Assembly (NCBI GenBank): GCA_015680685.1
Contig: MNCI01001519.1
Span: 263,318 to 327,317 of the forward strand
Length of the DNA stretch: 64,000 bases
Source of the DNA: Gnetum montanum
Lineage: Eukaryota > Plantae > Gnetophyta
Direction: 5' to 3'
The translations under genes and the position numbers were made by a program. Shown piece after piece: positions 12,343-24,600 of the stretch (its first letter is position 1; each line of letters begins with the position of its first letter). Below the pieces are notes generated by a model. That model was not told the DNA's origin. It ran no database searches and saw nothing but the letters and a program-made list of their open reading frames with translations.

Positions 12343-14329
12343 GTACGGCTGCTATCTACCTTTCTTGTTTTCTTTTTTCAGTGGTGTCACCGTCTTTGTA
12401 AAATTTCATAAATTCTGCTTCTAAGTTCTTTGTAGTTTTCTTTCAAAATGTATAAGTACCACTATATCCTTATATCTCTATGTTTAGTTAACAGTCAACA
12501 GGTGAAGGAGAATACAAACATTGATATGAATTAGGAAAGAATCCACAACATGAACTTTTACCATTTTAAAGTTGAAAAAAGATTTCAAATACACACAGCA
12601 TAATAGAAAATTGTTCTCCATCATGTCCATTGCTCGACATTACACAATTTCCACCTACCTACTTTACACAAGTCCTAACCACAGTTATTAGAAAAGTGAA
12701 CTTGCACTGCAATTTGAAAATTTTAAGCTTACCAGAAACGGTAACCTATGCGCCTAACAAAGTTTCCAGCTAAAATCTCCTTAGGATGCATGGACTTTAT
12801 GATCTAAAAAATCACTTGTTTTATTTTTCATTTTTCTTTCTTTTTGACCAAATTATTTTAAATGCACAGCTCTACATGATGACTATGGTAATACTCATTA
12901 CGTCAACATCTTGTCAGACTTGAATGATTTCTAACTGGATGGCATTGTCTTGCCTACAATTGGCCATCATCTTTCCCAGTAGTGTTTGTGAGAATGTGTC
13001 TCTCTGAATTTTTACACTCTGGGCATACCATGTTTCAGAAATTTTCTTAGAAATGTTTTGGAATTTACCAAGAATACAGTTAGTTATAATTCTGTTTCAG
13101 AAAACTTTCCAGTGTCTTCTTATTGCCAATGTGTTATGATGTTCCTGAAGTGTTTTCAACAATCCTGGATTGTTCCTTGACTATAAGTTTTAAGAAAATT
13201 AGATTTTTTAAATTTTCATAATCATAAATATATAATTAGGCAACTTTCTAATTTAAATACTTTGTTATTTCAAATATTCTATCACATATGTTAAAATTGA
13301 TATATTTTTAAGGTTGTGTTTTCTTGCCATGATTTGGCATAGTTTTAAAACTTTATCTCATATGATAAATGGCAAGAGGCCTTGGAAGAGGAGATTCATA
13401 TGATTCGTGTATACCTCGCATGTGGATCATTGTGAGAATAGAGACAACTATGAATGCAACAAGAAGCAAAATAGCTAGAGAAAAACAACCTCAAATTATA
13501 AGTCATTGTCATTAAACAAACAGAATTAAGAGTGATTTCCAAGCTTTTGCCAAACAAGGGCAACCAGTTTGGCAATGCAATTTTATTTACCCTCATCACA
13601 ATACATATGAGTGGTTATGTGCTGATGAAATAAATTATTTCTAGATCTGCTAAAGTTATCTCTAGATCTACACTTGTTTTCTTTATCGCTTCCAAAATCA
13701 TCTTTAAGATATCTTTAGATATTCTCTTCTAAATGATATTTATATTTTCAATTAACAATACTAGCATTTCTGGTCATTAATTTTTAATTTAATAATGTTG
13801 GCCTTGCTATTACTAGCAATTGCCTTGTTGTCAGAAAAATCACACATTCCTAAATTTGTTTGGAGTTACATTCCTCTTTTCTACATTCCCAAACATTGTG
13901 AAACATAGTTTTCTATAAACTAAGAAAGTATAGGAATCAGTTGAACTTATCCAATAGTCCTTTTGTCATTGTGTTGACACAATTTTCCTTAGTATGAACC
14001 TTCTTAAGAGCTAGTCACCCTTCTTCAAACTTCCCTATAATCCAATAAAGCTCTATTTCAGTTCGATTGGTTTTGCTATGATAAATAGTGTTTCTTTTAA
14101 AAACAGAAAATCGCTTTTTTATTGTATGTGTCTTCTGTATGATCCCTAACTCATTTTAAAATCCTGACAAAGAGATTTCCTGGTTGCATGCTTCTTAAGC
14201 TGCTATGTACTTTGCTTTGTCATTGAACCATACCATTTTTTTACAATAGTTGCATCAAACTAATTGTGTTTTCTTACCACTTCTATGGGTGTGTCGTAGC
14301 ATGTATGACTTCTGATGGTCATTCTGCAG

Positions 14330-15405
14330 ATCATAAGCTTCAACCATACAATGTATGCTGGGATTGATAGAAAATTTGAAAAAGAAATTTCACAAATTGA
14401 TATTTAAGATGATATCCTTTAGTATATGCTATGTGCCATTTAGGGGCATGGTAAAAATATATGTTCATGAACTATGGTGTCAAGTAGAATGCCGACCACA
14501 GTATATCATCATCAAATCTTTTGCCTACCTAAATGGTCAACTTATCATAGATAGGATAAAGGCATCATGATGATATTGAGATGATCCCTTGGTGTATTCT
14601 CTTTGCTAGTGGAAGTCCTAGCTGCAAAAATAGAAACTTGGAGAAACATCCTAGAATCAAAGGGGTGGAGGAGTAGTAGAAGTGAAGCAGAATTCATGGA
14701 GTGCATTTTTAGTAGAAAAGCAATTAATGAATATTCAAAGATCAGAATTTAAAACTAGAAAGCTACTCAAAGTAAGCAATTCAAATACTTGGGGTCTTTT
14801 ATTTAAATGGATGGTGAGATTAACAATGATACGATGAATAGAATTGAAGTAAGATGGAAGAAATAGTGGAAAGTTAGTAGTGTGCTTTGTGATAGAAGAA
14901 TCCTTGCTAGGTTGAAGGGTAAATCCTATAGAACTACTATTAAACTTGCAATCCTTTATAGTATAGAATGTTGGCCTATTAAAAAGCATTAGGCTCAATG
15001 CATACATGTGGCAAAGATGCTTATGCTAAAACAGATGTTAGGTGTGACTTTGAAAGATCAAATCAATTCTTCTCTTATTAGGGAAAGTTTGGGAGTAGCA
15101 TCCATATATGAGAAGATTAAAGAAAATTGTTTTAGATTGTTTGGTCATGTGCTAAGAAGACCAAAGAATATTGTTGTTACAAAACTTGCTTTATGTGCTA
15201 AGAAGATTGAAGAATGTTCCTGTTAGAGAAGTTTGCATTATTAAAGTTGAGGGACACTGATAAAGTGGTAGACTAAAGCATACTTGGTTTGTTTGCATAA
15301 AAAACATCCAAGATTTGAGTATTAATGCTCATTTGGTTTTTAATAGAAGTGAATGACATAAAAGAACCCATATAGCCAAGGATAATGCTAAGATGATGAT
15401 GATGA
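14330..15405 (+). mobile_element. Degenerate RTE-clade LINE 3' part
   Basis: RT C-terminal motifs F(K)YLGS, LKGKSYRTTIKLAILYSIECW, GVTLKDQI...IRESLGVASIYEKIKENCFRLFGHVLRR. The 3' end ...catatagcc...(GAT)n microsatellite tail is typical of plant RTE. Confidence 0.85.
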
Positions 15406-15599
15406 AGAATATTGGATGCATTTTATTATATTCAGGATTTATTGCTATTGATGTATTTTGAACAAGTTCATTTGTCTGATAGATCCTTTGGGTCTATACA
15501 TATGTAATAAAATATCAGTATTAGTATGAGATAATGAAGCACCCATTTCATGGGATGGTAATATTATCTTTTTATATTTGCCATGTACCTACTAATATT

Positions 15600-16560
15600 T
15601 CTGGTTGCATTGGCATAAGTTGCCGGAGACATAAATTACCCTTATTCATATGAACAAGGATGCAATCTATAGGAAAGCCTAATGTTTGATTCAAAAGGCA
15701 TTAATAGGTTTTCCATTGTTCTTTCCAAAATGTAATTTGTAGCTTTTATGTCTTCTTCATTCTCGATCATATTTATTCTAAATGTTTGTTTTGTTACTCC
15801 AAGATTCTTCACCCTAAAAGTCCTATGTAATTCAGATTTTAATTTGTTAGTTTCAATCATTGTTGACTTGAAGCAAGCATGTCATTAGCACACAATGCGA
15901 AGTAATTGTACTCTGTTACAACATTTTTTGGCACAGTCAAATTAGGGATTGTTATGTTAGACAGTAAGACATTTAATCCAAACAGATATTGCAAGTGAAG
16001 CTTAAAACTTGCAACCTCTTGATTGGCAAGGCAATTAGTTGCCATTGACCTACAACACCACTCGTTTTTCTCATCATGAAGGAATTAAATCTCCTTACCA
16101 TTGCATAGGACCTAGTTATAGGCCATACAATATTTAAAGGAGCTTACTAACTAAGCCTTCCTTGCCATCTTGCACAACCCCTTTTGGTTGCTTGATATAA
16201 ATCTTCTACTTCCAAAGTTTGCCATTTAGAAAGGTTTTCTTGACTTGCTAGTGAAGGCCATCCAAATCCAAATGTTTATAGCATTTGCATAGAGATTTTA
16301 ATAAATTTTATACCTTCTTTTTGAGACTACCTATGTGCAACCAATTCAATAAAGTCATATCATGATACCTTGTGCTTCTCATTGGTATCCTTTGCAAACA
16401 AATGATTGATTTTATGGAAACCCAACATGATGCATTTTATCCTTTCAATAGATGTTGGAGTTCTTTCTTGTTTTATATATAGAAAGTTATGCAATCATGG
16501 ACTATAAGTTGAGTTTGGAAACATCATTTTGGTTCTACGTGGTTTAAGCATCTATCATTT
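15600..16560 (-). mobile_element. Ty1/copia reverse-transcriptase remnant
   Basis: Degenerate ETNKLKSELHRTFRVKNLGVTKQ (cf. EINKLK..L...FEMKDLG.AKQILG) and CANDML (cf. YVDDML); many stops. Confidence 0.75.
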
Positions 16561-16827
16561 GTACTCAGGTTGGGTTGCAAGCAATTTTTAGTGTTTGTCT
16601 TAACCTAGAATTTATTTTTAAAGACCTGCATATTTCCAAATTTGTATTGGAACACCTTTCCAAATTTAGTGAATGTGTAAAACAATAAAGTCAATAGACA
16701 CTTTTTTATTAACTTTGAAAATTTGTTATTGATTTATATTCTCATAGACACTGCCACTTGTTATTCCTGTTTCATTACTCTTGTAGAATTTTTCCTCATG
16801 GAAAATGCCATTGTGTTTGTTGTGCAG

Positions 16828-17176
16828 ATGGATTAAAGTAAAGAATGCAATTTTAAGCAACAAGCTGAAAAGGCGATTTATTTATTTTTCAAAATTCTTT
16901 GACCATCTGAGATCTGTGTTAAATACATGGTGGGATGCTCAGGGATCCTATTGTCAATATAGTTCAAGAAAATTGCATTGCCTGATTCAAAAGTTGACAG
17001 CACATGATTGGACCATTGTATATGAAGCTTTTGCAGTAATTTTTTCTGAGCGGGTTGATAAGTTAGCATGGCTCCTTTTGTCAAGGCTTCAAACTACAGC
17101 TTTATGCAATGCAGACCGATGCCTTTTAAAGAAAGATAAATTCCTTGAATTGCAACCATCACACATGAAAGCTAAT
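16828..17176 (+). CDS. F-box/cullin-repeat-like protein, exon 2
   Basis: Acceptor TGTGCAG|, phase 2 matches exon 1. Encodes WIKVKNAILSN...FFDHLRSVLNTWW...YSSRKLHCLIQKLTAHDWTIVYEAFAVIFSERVDKL..., resembling cullin helices 1-3. Donor AAT|GTATAT, phase 0. Confidence 0.8.
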
Positions 17177-17258
17177 GTATATTTCAGTATGAATTGTGTG
17201 CTTGTTTCTTTTATATGTTAGTCCATCCATTCTAAGATTTGTGCCTCTCTAAACACAG

Positions 17259-17386
17259 GATGGATTTGTTGGCAAGGAGATGTGGCAGAACGTTTTATTG
17301 TTATGGAAGAAATATAAACATTGGCTAACACTTGTTAGTGGTCATTGTCAGGATTTAAACTATGAAGTTATGGTTGAGAGCTCCAG
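17259..17386 (+). CDS. F-box/cullin-repeat-like protein, exon 3
   Basis: 82-bp intron; acceptor ACACAG|. Encodes DGFVGKEMWQNVLLLWKKYKHWLTLVSGHCQDLNYEVMVESS, like cullin helix 4/5 (L...W..Y...). Donor AG|GTTGGT, phase 2. Confidence 0.8.
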
Positions 17387-19366
17387 GTTGGTTCAATGAA
17401 ACTTGTAAGTTTATATTTGAGCATACCATCTAACATGTTTGTAACCATTGGCTATTTAAGTTAATTGAGAATTTTTTAAATAAAAAACTGGCAAACCATA
17501 CAACAAAACTCATTAAACAGATTCCAAGTAGATTAAATAATTCTAGAACAATGAGTAAGGCAATTATGTTGATTTGTTAATTACGTTTTCCTTACTATTC
17601 AGACCTATAGCCACAGTTTTTGTACACATATGAGTTACTACTTCATTATTCACATGTTTTGAGCATGTAGGATGAAGGTTTTTTTAAAATTAACATTTAG
17701 ATTGCAGTAAAATTTTTTAAAATATGAATATTAGGAGAAATAGTAGTAGTGGAAAATTCAGCATTTATAGGGCCATTAGAAAACAACATTTTTCTTAATT
17801 TATCATCTTATAAAAAACATACGAATTAACCAAATTTTAGAGTCCTACAAATGTAGACCCCGTATTGCAGGTTTAGTTCTAATGGGTAATGTTAAGTTAT
17901 GACAAAAAATTTGTAAAAGGAAATTTTAAAACTGGTGTGGTCTGATAGATCCAAAGAGTCCCTTGGATGTAATGAAATACATTCATTTTTATACAAGGAG
18001 CATCAGTTCTACTTTATCTGAAATGCTTTTGGCATAGTTCGCAAAATTGATATGGTTTTGTTAAAAGTTCTAATTCTCACATTGCTTTTGCTATATCCTA
18101 GCTAGTTTAGATTTCATGCAGTTTTGTTAGAAAGATTATGATATGTATTGACCTTTTAAGTGGATAGGTTATTGCTTTTTTCCTACAGTAAGGTGAAGAA
18201 GTTGTTATGAGGATAAATATGCTTTTTCAAATATTGTTCATAAACTAATGTCATGTTAGATGAAAAGTCAATACTCCAGCCTTTAAAATACCTTAATTTT
18301 TCTTATTTTTCTTTTGGTTTTCCTCATCTTTTGCTGATTTGCCCTTCACAAATTGTTTTAAAGATCCGTTTTGCCTAGTACTTAAAGGAAGGCATTTATT
18401 GTGTGTGCATTCCTCAATGTCAGTGAGGATGATTTAATCTTTGAAGGGATTTTAGGATGTCACAGAGTCAAGAGTCTGGTATATTACCAAGACATGTTGA
18501 GAAAATCTAAATATTGAATTTTGATTTAATTTCTCAGCTGTTTAAAGGTTAATAGATCTTATAATATTTTCTTTTAATTATTTCAATATATAGAATAGGA
18601 TTGCGGAAAACTTTATAAGTTTAAGACTTGAATTGATGTTTTCATGCTTGTAATCAATGTTCCATCTTGAAATAGNTTAGAAAACTGGATTTTGTCCAAT
18701 ATCCCTAGGATCTCATCATCTTCACATTGATGTAATAAAACATTTCAGTTTTAGTTTCATTTTAATAACATAAATACCTCACATTGATGTAATAAAACAT
18801 TTCAGTTTTAGTTTCATTTTAATAACATAAATACCTCAATATATGAAACATGAAAAAGCATCAAAATAAAGTCATTGTGAACATTATTAACAAAAAGCAA
18901 AAATACTAAGTATAGGATGACAGGATGCTACACATATATTGAAGAAATATGTCTAACATCCTAAATAACAATAACATCATAATGCGTCTATTTCAAGATG
19001 GAACATTGATTACAAGCATGAAAACATCAATTCAAGTCTTAAACTTATAAAGTTTTCCGCAATCCTATTCTATATATTGAAATAATTAAAAGGAAATATT
19101 ATAAGATCNATTGTTATTGTAGAAAGTAATACGTGGACATCCATTTTGTATTCTTATTTAATTGCTTCTGAACATCACACTAGTGGATAAGGAAAATTCT
19201 TATTAAAAGTTTGTATGCATCATTTTGCATGAAATTTAACTTTATTTTTTCATTTGAGGATTTTTGCCTAGTGATATTGTCAGTTTAGACTGTTCCAGTT
19301 GAAGTAGATTAATTGCATAATATTATGGTTCTTATCATCAATCTAAAATGCTTTTATTTTTGTCAG

Positions 19367-19423
19367 ACAGACGTTATGGTCTTCAACACCATCGGTTTAT
19401 GATAAAGGAGAAATTTGTTTCAG
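19367..19423 (+). CDS. F-box/cullin-repeat-like protein, exon 4 (57 bp)
   Basis: Acceptor TTTTTGTCAG|. Encodes (R)QTLWSSTPSVYDKGEICF(R), like the cullin P.VYDLGL.LFR motif. Donor AG|GTACAT; phase 2 on both sides. Confidence 0.8.
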
Positions 19424-19850
19424 GTACATACGTTATGGTTGTTTTGTTATAGGCAACCTTATGTTTTCAAATGCAAAATGTGAACTGTAAGAAATCTCAT
19501 GAAATTTCTTTAAAAACCCTAAAACATAGTACCCTTTATTAATGTGTCTGTAATCTAAATTCTGTTTGTAAATGTATATATGTGTGTATCTACACATATG
19601 CGTATTTTTCTCTGCATTATACATATATCTATATGCATGTATGTCCATGTATATACACATGTATATGTATCTGCACACACACGTCTCCAATATTTATCTG
19701 GTACTAGACTTTTATCATTGAAAATAATTTTCTGACAGTTAGCCGAAGCTTGAAAATGTTATTCAGTGCAAGTTTTACTTAAAACATAAATATTTAAACT
19801 ATTATTCCAAATGACAAAGGTTAAGGGATAATAGATGTTTATAGGAAATA

Positions 19851-22800
19851 TTTTTTTTTGAGAAAATATTCGGGAGTATATTACTGAAAAAAAAGAAATA
19901 TAGTATAGGAAATTACAAATCGTGGGTCATCAGCAATGGCCCTCAATGGGTGGGGAAAAAACCCCAAGTCACAAAACAATCCGACACCCCAACAGTCATG
20001 CCAAAACCAAAAAACCCCCAGAAAACCTAGCAAACGCTTTTTTTGGGGGGGGGGGGGGGGGGAGCACGCCCTCGACCAAGTGGGGGGCATCGAGAACAAG
20101 GAAAGAAAGTAGCGCGAGGGGCGGGGGGGGGGCACAAAAAGAAGAAAACAGTGACGGTAGGGGGGGGGGGCAAGCACCGTCCGTGGTCCAAAACAACACC
20201 CCCCCTAGGGGTTCGTCGGCAGCCGACGGCAGGCGTAGTGTGGGCGCTCCAGCTCATGAAGAAGGTCCAATGTGTTTCAGTGGTCCTTCGTGTCCACGAA
20301 ACTGGCAGCCTGCTGGATACCTTGCATGGCCAACTCCCATTGTTCTGGTCAGCCGGTGAAGCTCCCTCATCAGGATGAAAATGTGTCGAGGTTCGGCAGA
20401 TGTGGCGCCTGAGCTCACCCCAGGAGCTCTTGCAACTGATGCCTAGGATAAGGTACGGGCACCGCCCCCCTCTAAGCCATTGTCAAGCATTGTGCTTGTG
20501 TGCCCGATCTAGCTATCGTTGTCGTTGCTCCTCTTCCTCTTGTATGCGTTCTTGTTCCGCCCGCTCCGCCTCTTCACGTTCCCTTTGGGCAGCTTCCTCC
20601 TGTAGTAGTTCTTCCCATACTTGGGCCCAGATTTCATCCACTAATCGGGCCCGGGCAGCGTCGGCCATGAGGTCTTGTTGCCTCACCCTCTCCTGCTCCT
20701 GTTCGTAAAATTGGGCCTCCAAGTTGGCCCGGGCCTGTGCAAGGGCTTTGTGCCATTTGGCCTCCCACTCCTGTCATTCAGCCTCACGTGCTTCGGCTGT
20801 GGCCCTCTATGTGGCTTGCTGCAGCTCCTCGTTCCAATTTGTGCTGTGGTCGGAGGTTTTTGACCCCGGGGGGGGGGGGATTTTGGTTCGGCGAGGCTGG
20901 CAAGGGGGCGCCGTTCTTGTTGGGTCCGCTGCTTCCGCATGAAGGTTGTTGCCGGTAGGGTCTAGCGGTTCCCCTGGTTGGACGAAGCCGTAGGGCCAGG
21001 GGGGTTAGCAGGGGGGCCAGCAAGAGGGGCCCCCCACCGGGGGGGGGGGCACACGACGACGAGTGTTGCCCCCCCTTTGACCCCCGCCACAAGGTTAAGA
21101 TTAACCTTGAATGGCGGTCGCATTGTTTAAGTAGAAGGGCCTCTAGGAAAAAGCGGGGAAGGTTAACCTGGCAGCCCAATTTCAGGCAACGCATAAATGC
21201 AAAGTGTATGCCCTGGAGCTTGGAGCCATTGCCAGATTGGACAAAAAATTTGTCCACCAGATCTGCTGCCGGGCCCAGAGACGAGGTAGAGAAGATCTAG
21301 GCACCTGCTGGCTTTGTGTGCGTGGCACGGGCCCTTCGAAAAACATTTCTGCGTCCTGCAGACCACGTGCGGACGGAAGGATGACCTCTCCTGCAACCTG
21401 GGCCCCAAGATAGCTGGCAATTGAGGATTTTGTGATGATAACCTCGCGCCCTCGGAAAAAGGTCCGGTCATTGCGCCAGTTAGCGAAGAAAGCGTTGTTT
21501 GCTAGATCTGGGCCCCCAACCAGTTGTTGTAGGGGGTCACACTAGCTGCACTATGTCACCATCTGCCAGAGCTCCTCGTCCTCCTGAAACGTGGCGCAGT
21601 CTGATTCAAATGTTGGTGTGATTCCCATCACCACCTCGATTTCTTTCCACGCGCAGAGAGCTTGGAAAACTAGCCATGGGGGGGGGGAGCCTGTCCTGGT
21701 GAAAAATAGTGCGATTTCTTGCTTTCCACGCTACCCATAAAAGTAGCGTGGCCCAAGAATTGCCGATGAGGCGCATCGGGGGGGGGGGGTTGCCCTTGCT
21801 GCGAGCCACATGGCACACATGTATGTGCAGTCATAAACGAAGTGCCGGACTGTCTCGGGCTCAACGCTGCATCGGGGACAGGTGTCGTCCTGAATGAGGT
21901 TGTGTTTGCATAGGAAAGCGTGCACTGGCAGCACATCCAGCTGCATTAACCAGAGGAAGATCTTGATCTTCTCGGGGAGCCGCCCCCTCCAAATCTGCTG
22001 CCAGCCGGCCACCTACGGGTACTTGGCCGTCAACAGCTTGCACGGCTTGAGGTCCAAGCACCCCTAGGTCTGCATCACCCGCGTGTGTTGGCAGAGTGCC
22101 TACCAAGGTCTAGAATCTCGGACCCCCACCTCCCAATGTTGATACTTCGCATTCATGATGCAGATCCACTAGATCAGCTCCCCATGTGGGCGCATAAACT
22201 GAAGTATCAGACGTTGCTACCCAAGCATCAGTTCGTCTTTGAAAGACGAGATGCCTAGCCCCCTGCATTACGGGGGCGTGCGACCCATTCCCAATTTACC
22301 AAGTGGATTTTGCACCCCCTGCCCCCCTTCTAGAGGAAGCTTCTGACCAGCATGTTGATCCTGTTGATGATGGTGTTTGGGGGGGTGGCAATGGCCGCCA
22401 CGAACCGGGTAACCGTCGTGAGGATCCCCGTCGCCACAAGCAGTCGCCCTTTTCGAGTCAAGAAATGATTTGCCTAGTGGTCCATCCTTCTTTCAACTTT
22501 CTCCATTAGTGGCCCCCACAATATGCTCCGCCCCCATTGGTAGAGTGGAATGCCCAGGTATGTGTCTTTGCCCATTCCAGGCAGGATATTCAGGACTTGC
22601 ACCACCCGGTTTTTAACCTATTCATCTACATTAACAAAATGAGTTGAAGACTTAGCTCGATTAATCTCTAGCCCCAACTCAGTTGCCAGGCAGAATAGAG
22701 CGATGTTGATGCATCGTGCTTGTGGGACCGCTGCCCGACTAAGCAACATTGTGTCATCCGCATAGTGTTCAGCCCGACATACCACCCCTGCAATGTCCAA

Positions 22801-24022
22801 GCCATCAACCTTGAATGTGCTGCAATAGTTTTGCATTAGATCCATAGCGATGATGAAAAGCAGGGGCGAAAGCGGGTCCCCCTGTCGCAGCCCCTTTCCT
22901 GGAGAGGAGAGACCCCACAACCGCCCCCCGCGCCCCCCCCCTTCCCCACATTGGATGAACTGTTGGTCAAAGCCTTTTTGTTGCATAATGGACTTCAGGG
23001 CCTCCTAGCTGAGCATGTTGTATGCCTTGGTAATGTCGAGTTTGAGACAAAGCCTAGGAAAACCCGTAGTTCGAAGTGAGTGGAGCACCTCCTGCATGAG
23101 GAGAACCTGGTCTTGAAGGGTCCAGCCCTGCACGAAGCTAGCTTGGTTAATTCCCACAAGTTTGGGCATAAGTGGCACAAGCCTATGCACCATCAGTTTG
23201 GAGAAGAGCTAAATAAGCACGTTGCAGACTCCGATAGGGCAGAAGTGTTCTGGGTGGTGTGCATCCGATTGTTTTGGGATGCACACAATTCAGGAGCAAT
23301 TGAGCTCCTTTTGGACCTACCTCTTGGCCAACATGAGATTGAACGCGTCCAGGATATTGGGTCCCACGATATTCATGAATGCCTTAAAGAACTCAAGGCT
23401 CTAGCTGTTAGGACCAGGTGCCTTTCCTCTTGGCATGCTGTTGATGGTGGCTGTGAGTTCCTGCCACGAAAAGGGGACCAGCAACCGCGTGTTGTCTTCC
23501 TCGTTCAGCACCTGTGCCACTTGGACCGAGATGGGCTTGGTAGAGCACTTGGCCCAGATCCTCCCCTAGTATTGCGTCAACTTGCTTGCGATTTTCTGCA
23601 GGTCATCAATAATCTCCCCATCCTGGTTGGCCCCCTCCACGTGTCTTAGCGATGGCAAAGAAAAATTTTGTTTGCCTATCCCCTTCTCGGAGCCATCTGA
23701 CCCAGGAGCACTGTCGCCAGTATGTCTCCTCTTCCAAGTCAAGGCTTTGGAGCTGATGTAGAATGTGCTGCTCCTCTTTGTGCAAATCCTCCCCAGCCTC
23801 CTGTCGGGTCTGGATCTGACCAAGTTGATCCCAGAGTGCCCTTTGACCCATCCTAAAGGAGAATTTATCCTCCATTGGGAGAACCCGGATGGCCCACTTC
23901 AGTCGAAGCAAAGCCTCCTTAAGGAAGTTTCGGGGATCACTTTGGCTAGGCCGGTAATCTGCCCAAATGTCCTCAACCAATGGCAGGTCGGTAAGGAAGT
24001 AGCTCCCCAAAGCCTGGAAGAT
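19851..24022 (-). mobile_element. L1-type LINE copy A, 5'-truncated: RT - zf-RVT - Transposase_32-like - coiled coil - J-domain - 3'UTR - poly(A)
   Basis: RT motifs KLDITKAY, GLRQGDPLSPLLF, HYADDT. zf-RVT IWRGRLPEKIKIFLW...CPRC..EPETVRHFVYDC. J-domain RCPYLILGIS...LRRHICRTSTHFHPD (HPD 20369-20377); stop at 20205. Poly(T) at 19851-19859; candidate TSD GGAAATA at 19844-19850 and 24023-24029. Several stops and frameshifts. Confidence 0.9.
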
Positions 24023-24600
24023 GGAAATAATTTGACTTAAGCTGGTTCTTGCATATTTTTTACTTAATTTGTTAAGCTTGTTCGTGATTTACTAGCCTTT
24101 GTATATGCTGAATAATGAACTGTACCTACTACATAGTGATGTAGGAGAGTGATATTTAGAGTGTAATAGTTCAGTAGAGTATTTTTTTACCTTTGCTTTT
24201 TTTTTTTAATTTTTTTTTTTATTTTGGTTTTGGGGTGTTAGGGGTGGGGCAGGAATGGGTTGGGATTATAGGTACACCCCAAGACATATAGCCAACATAA
24301 TACTTTAGAAGAACTATAATGGAATGTAACGATGCCTTAAGTGTGACTTGAACAGACAATCTCTTTCCTACAAATCCTTGTTAGACAATGAGCTAGCTAC
24401 TTAAAGTTTAGAATTTCAGATCACTAAACTGTGCCCATCAATGAAAAAGAGATTTTGATTTCTTTGCAATACAAATTGATTCTTTATATTAATTGCTCAT
24501 ATCTAAAAGAAATCTTTATTACTTTGTTTAGTGTTAGTGATCCCTAGCAACTGTATGCTCCATCTCTTATTTTTGTTTATATCATTATGTTCGTGTACAT

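Noticed and set aside
12343-12424. ORF-track extension of exon 1 (YGCYLPFLFSFF...) and of exon 2 (VYFSMNCVLVSFIC) suggesting separate short genes
   Set aside because: These are read-through into T-rich intron sequence beyond good GT donors; the spliced model is in phase.
18555-19108. Near-perfect ~120-bp inverted repeat (18555-18675 vs 18988-19108) resembling a MITE or hairpin RNA
   Set aside because: Both arms end exactly at single-N joins (18676, 19109), so it is most likely a mis-oriented overlapping contig.
23080-23649. 189-aa plus-strand ORF antisense to LINE A
   Set aside because: It is the shadow frame of the GC-rich RT coding strand, with no independent motif.
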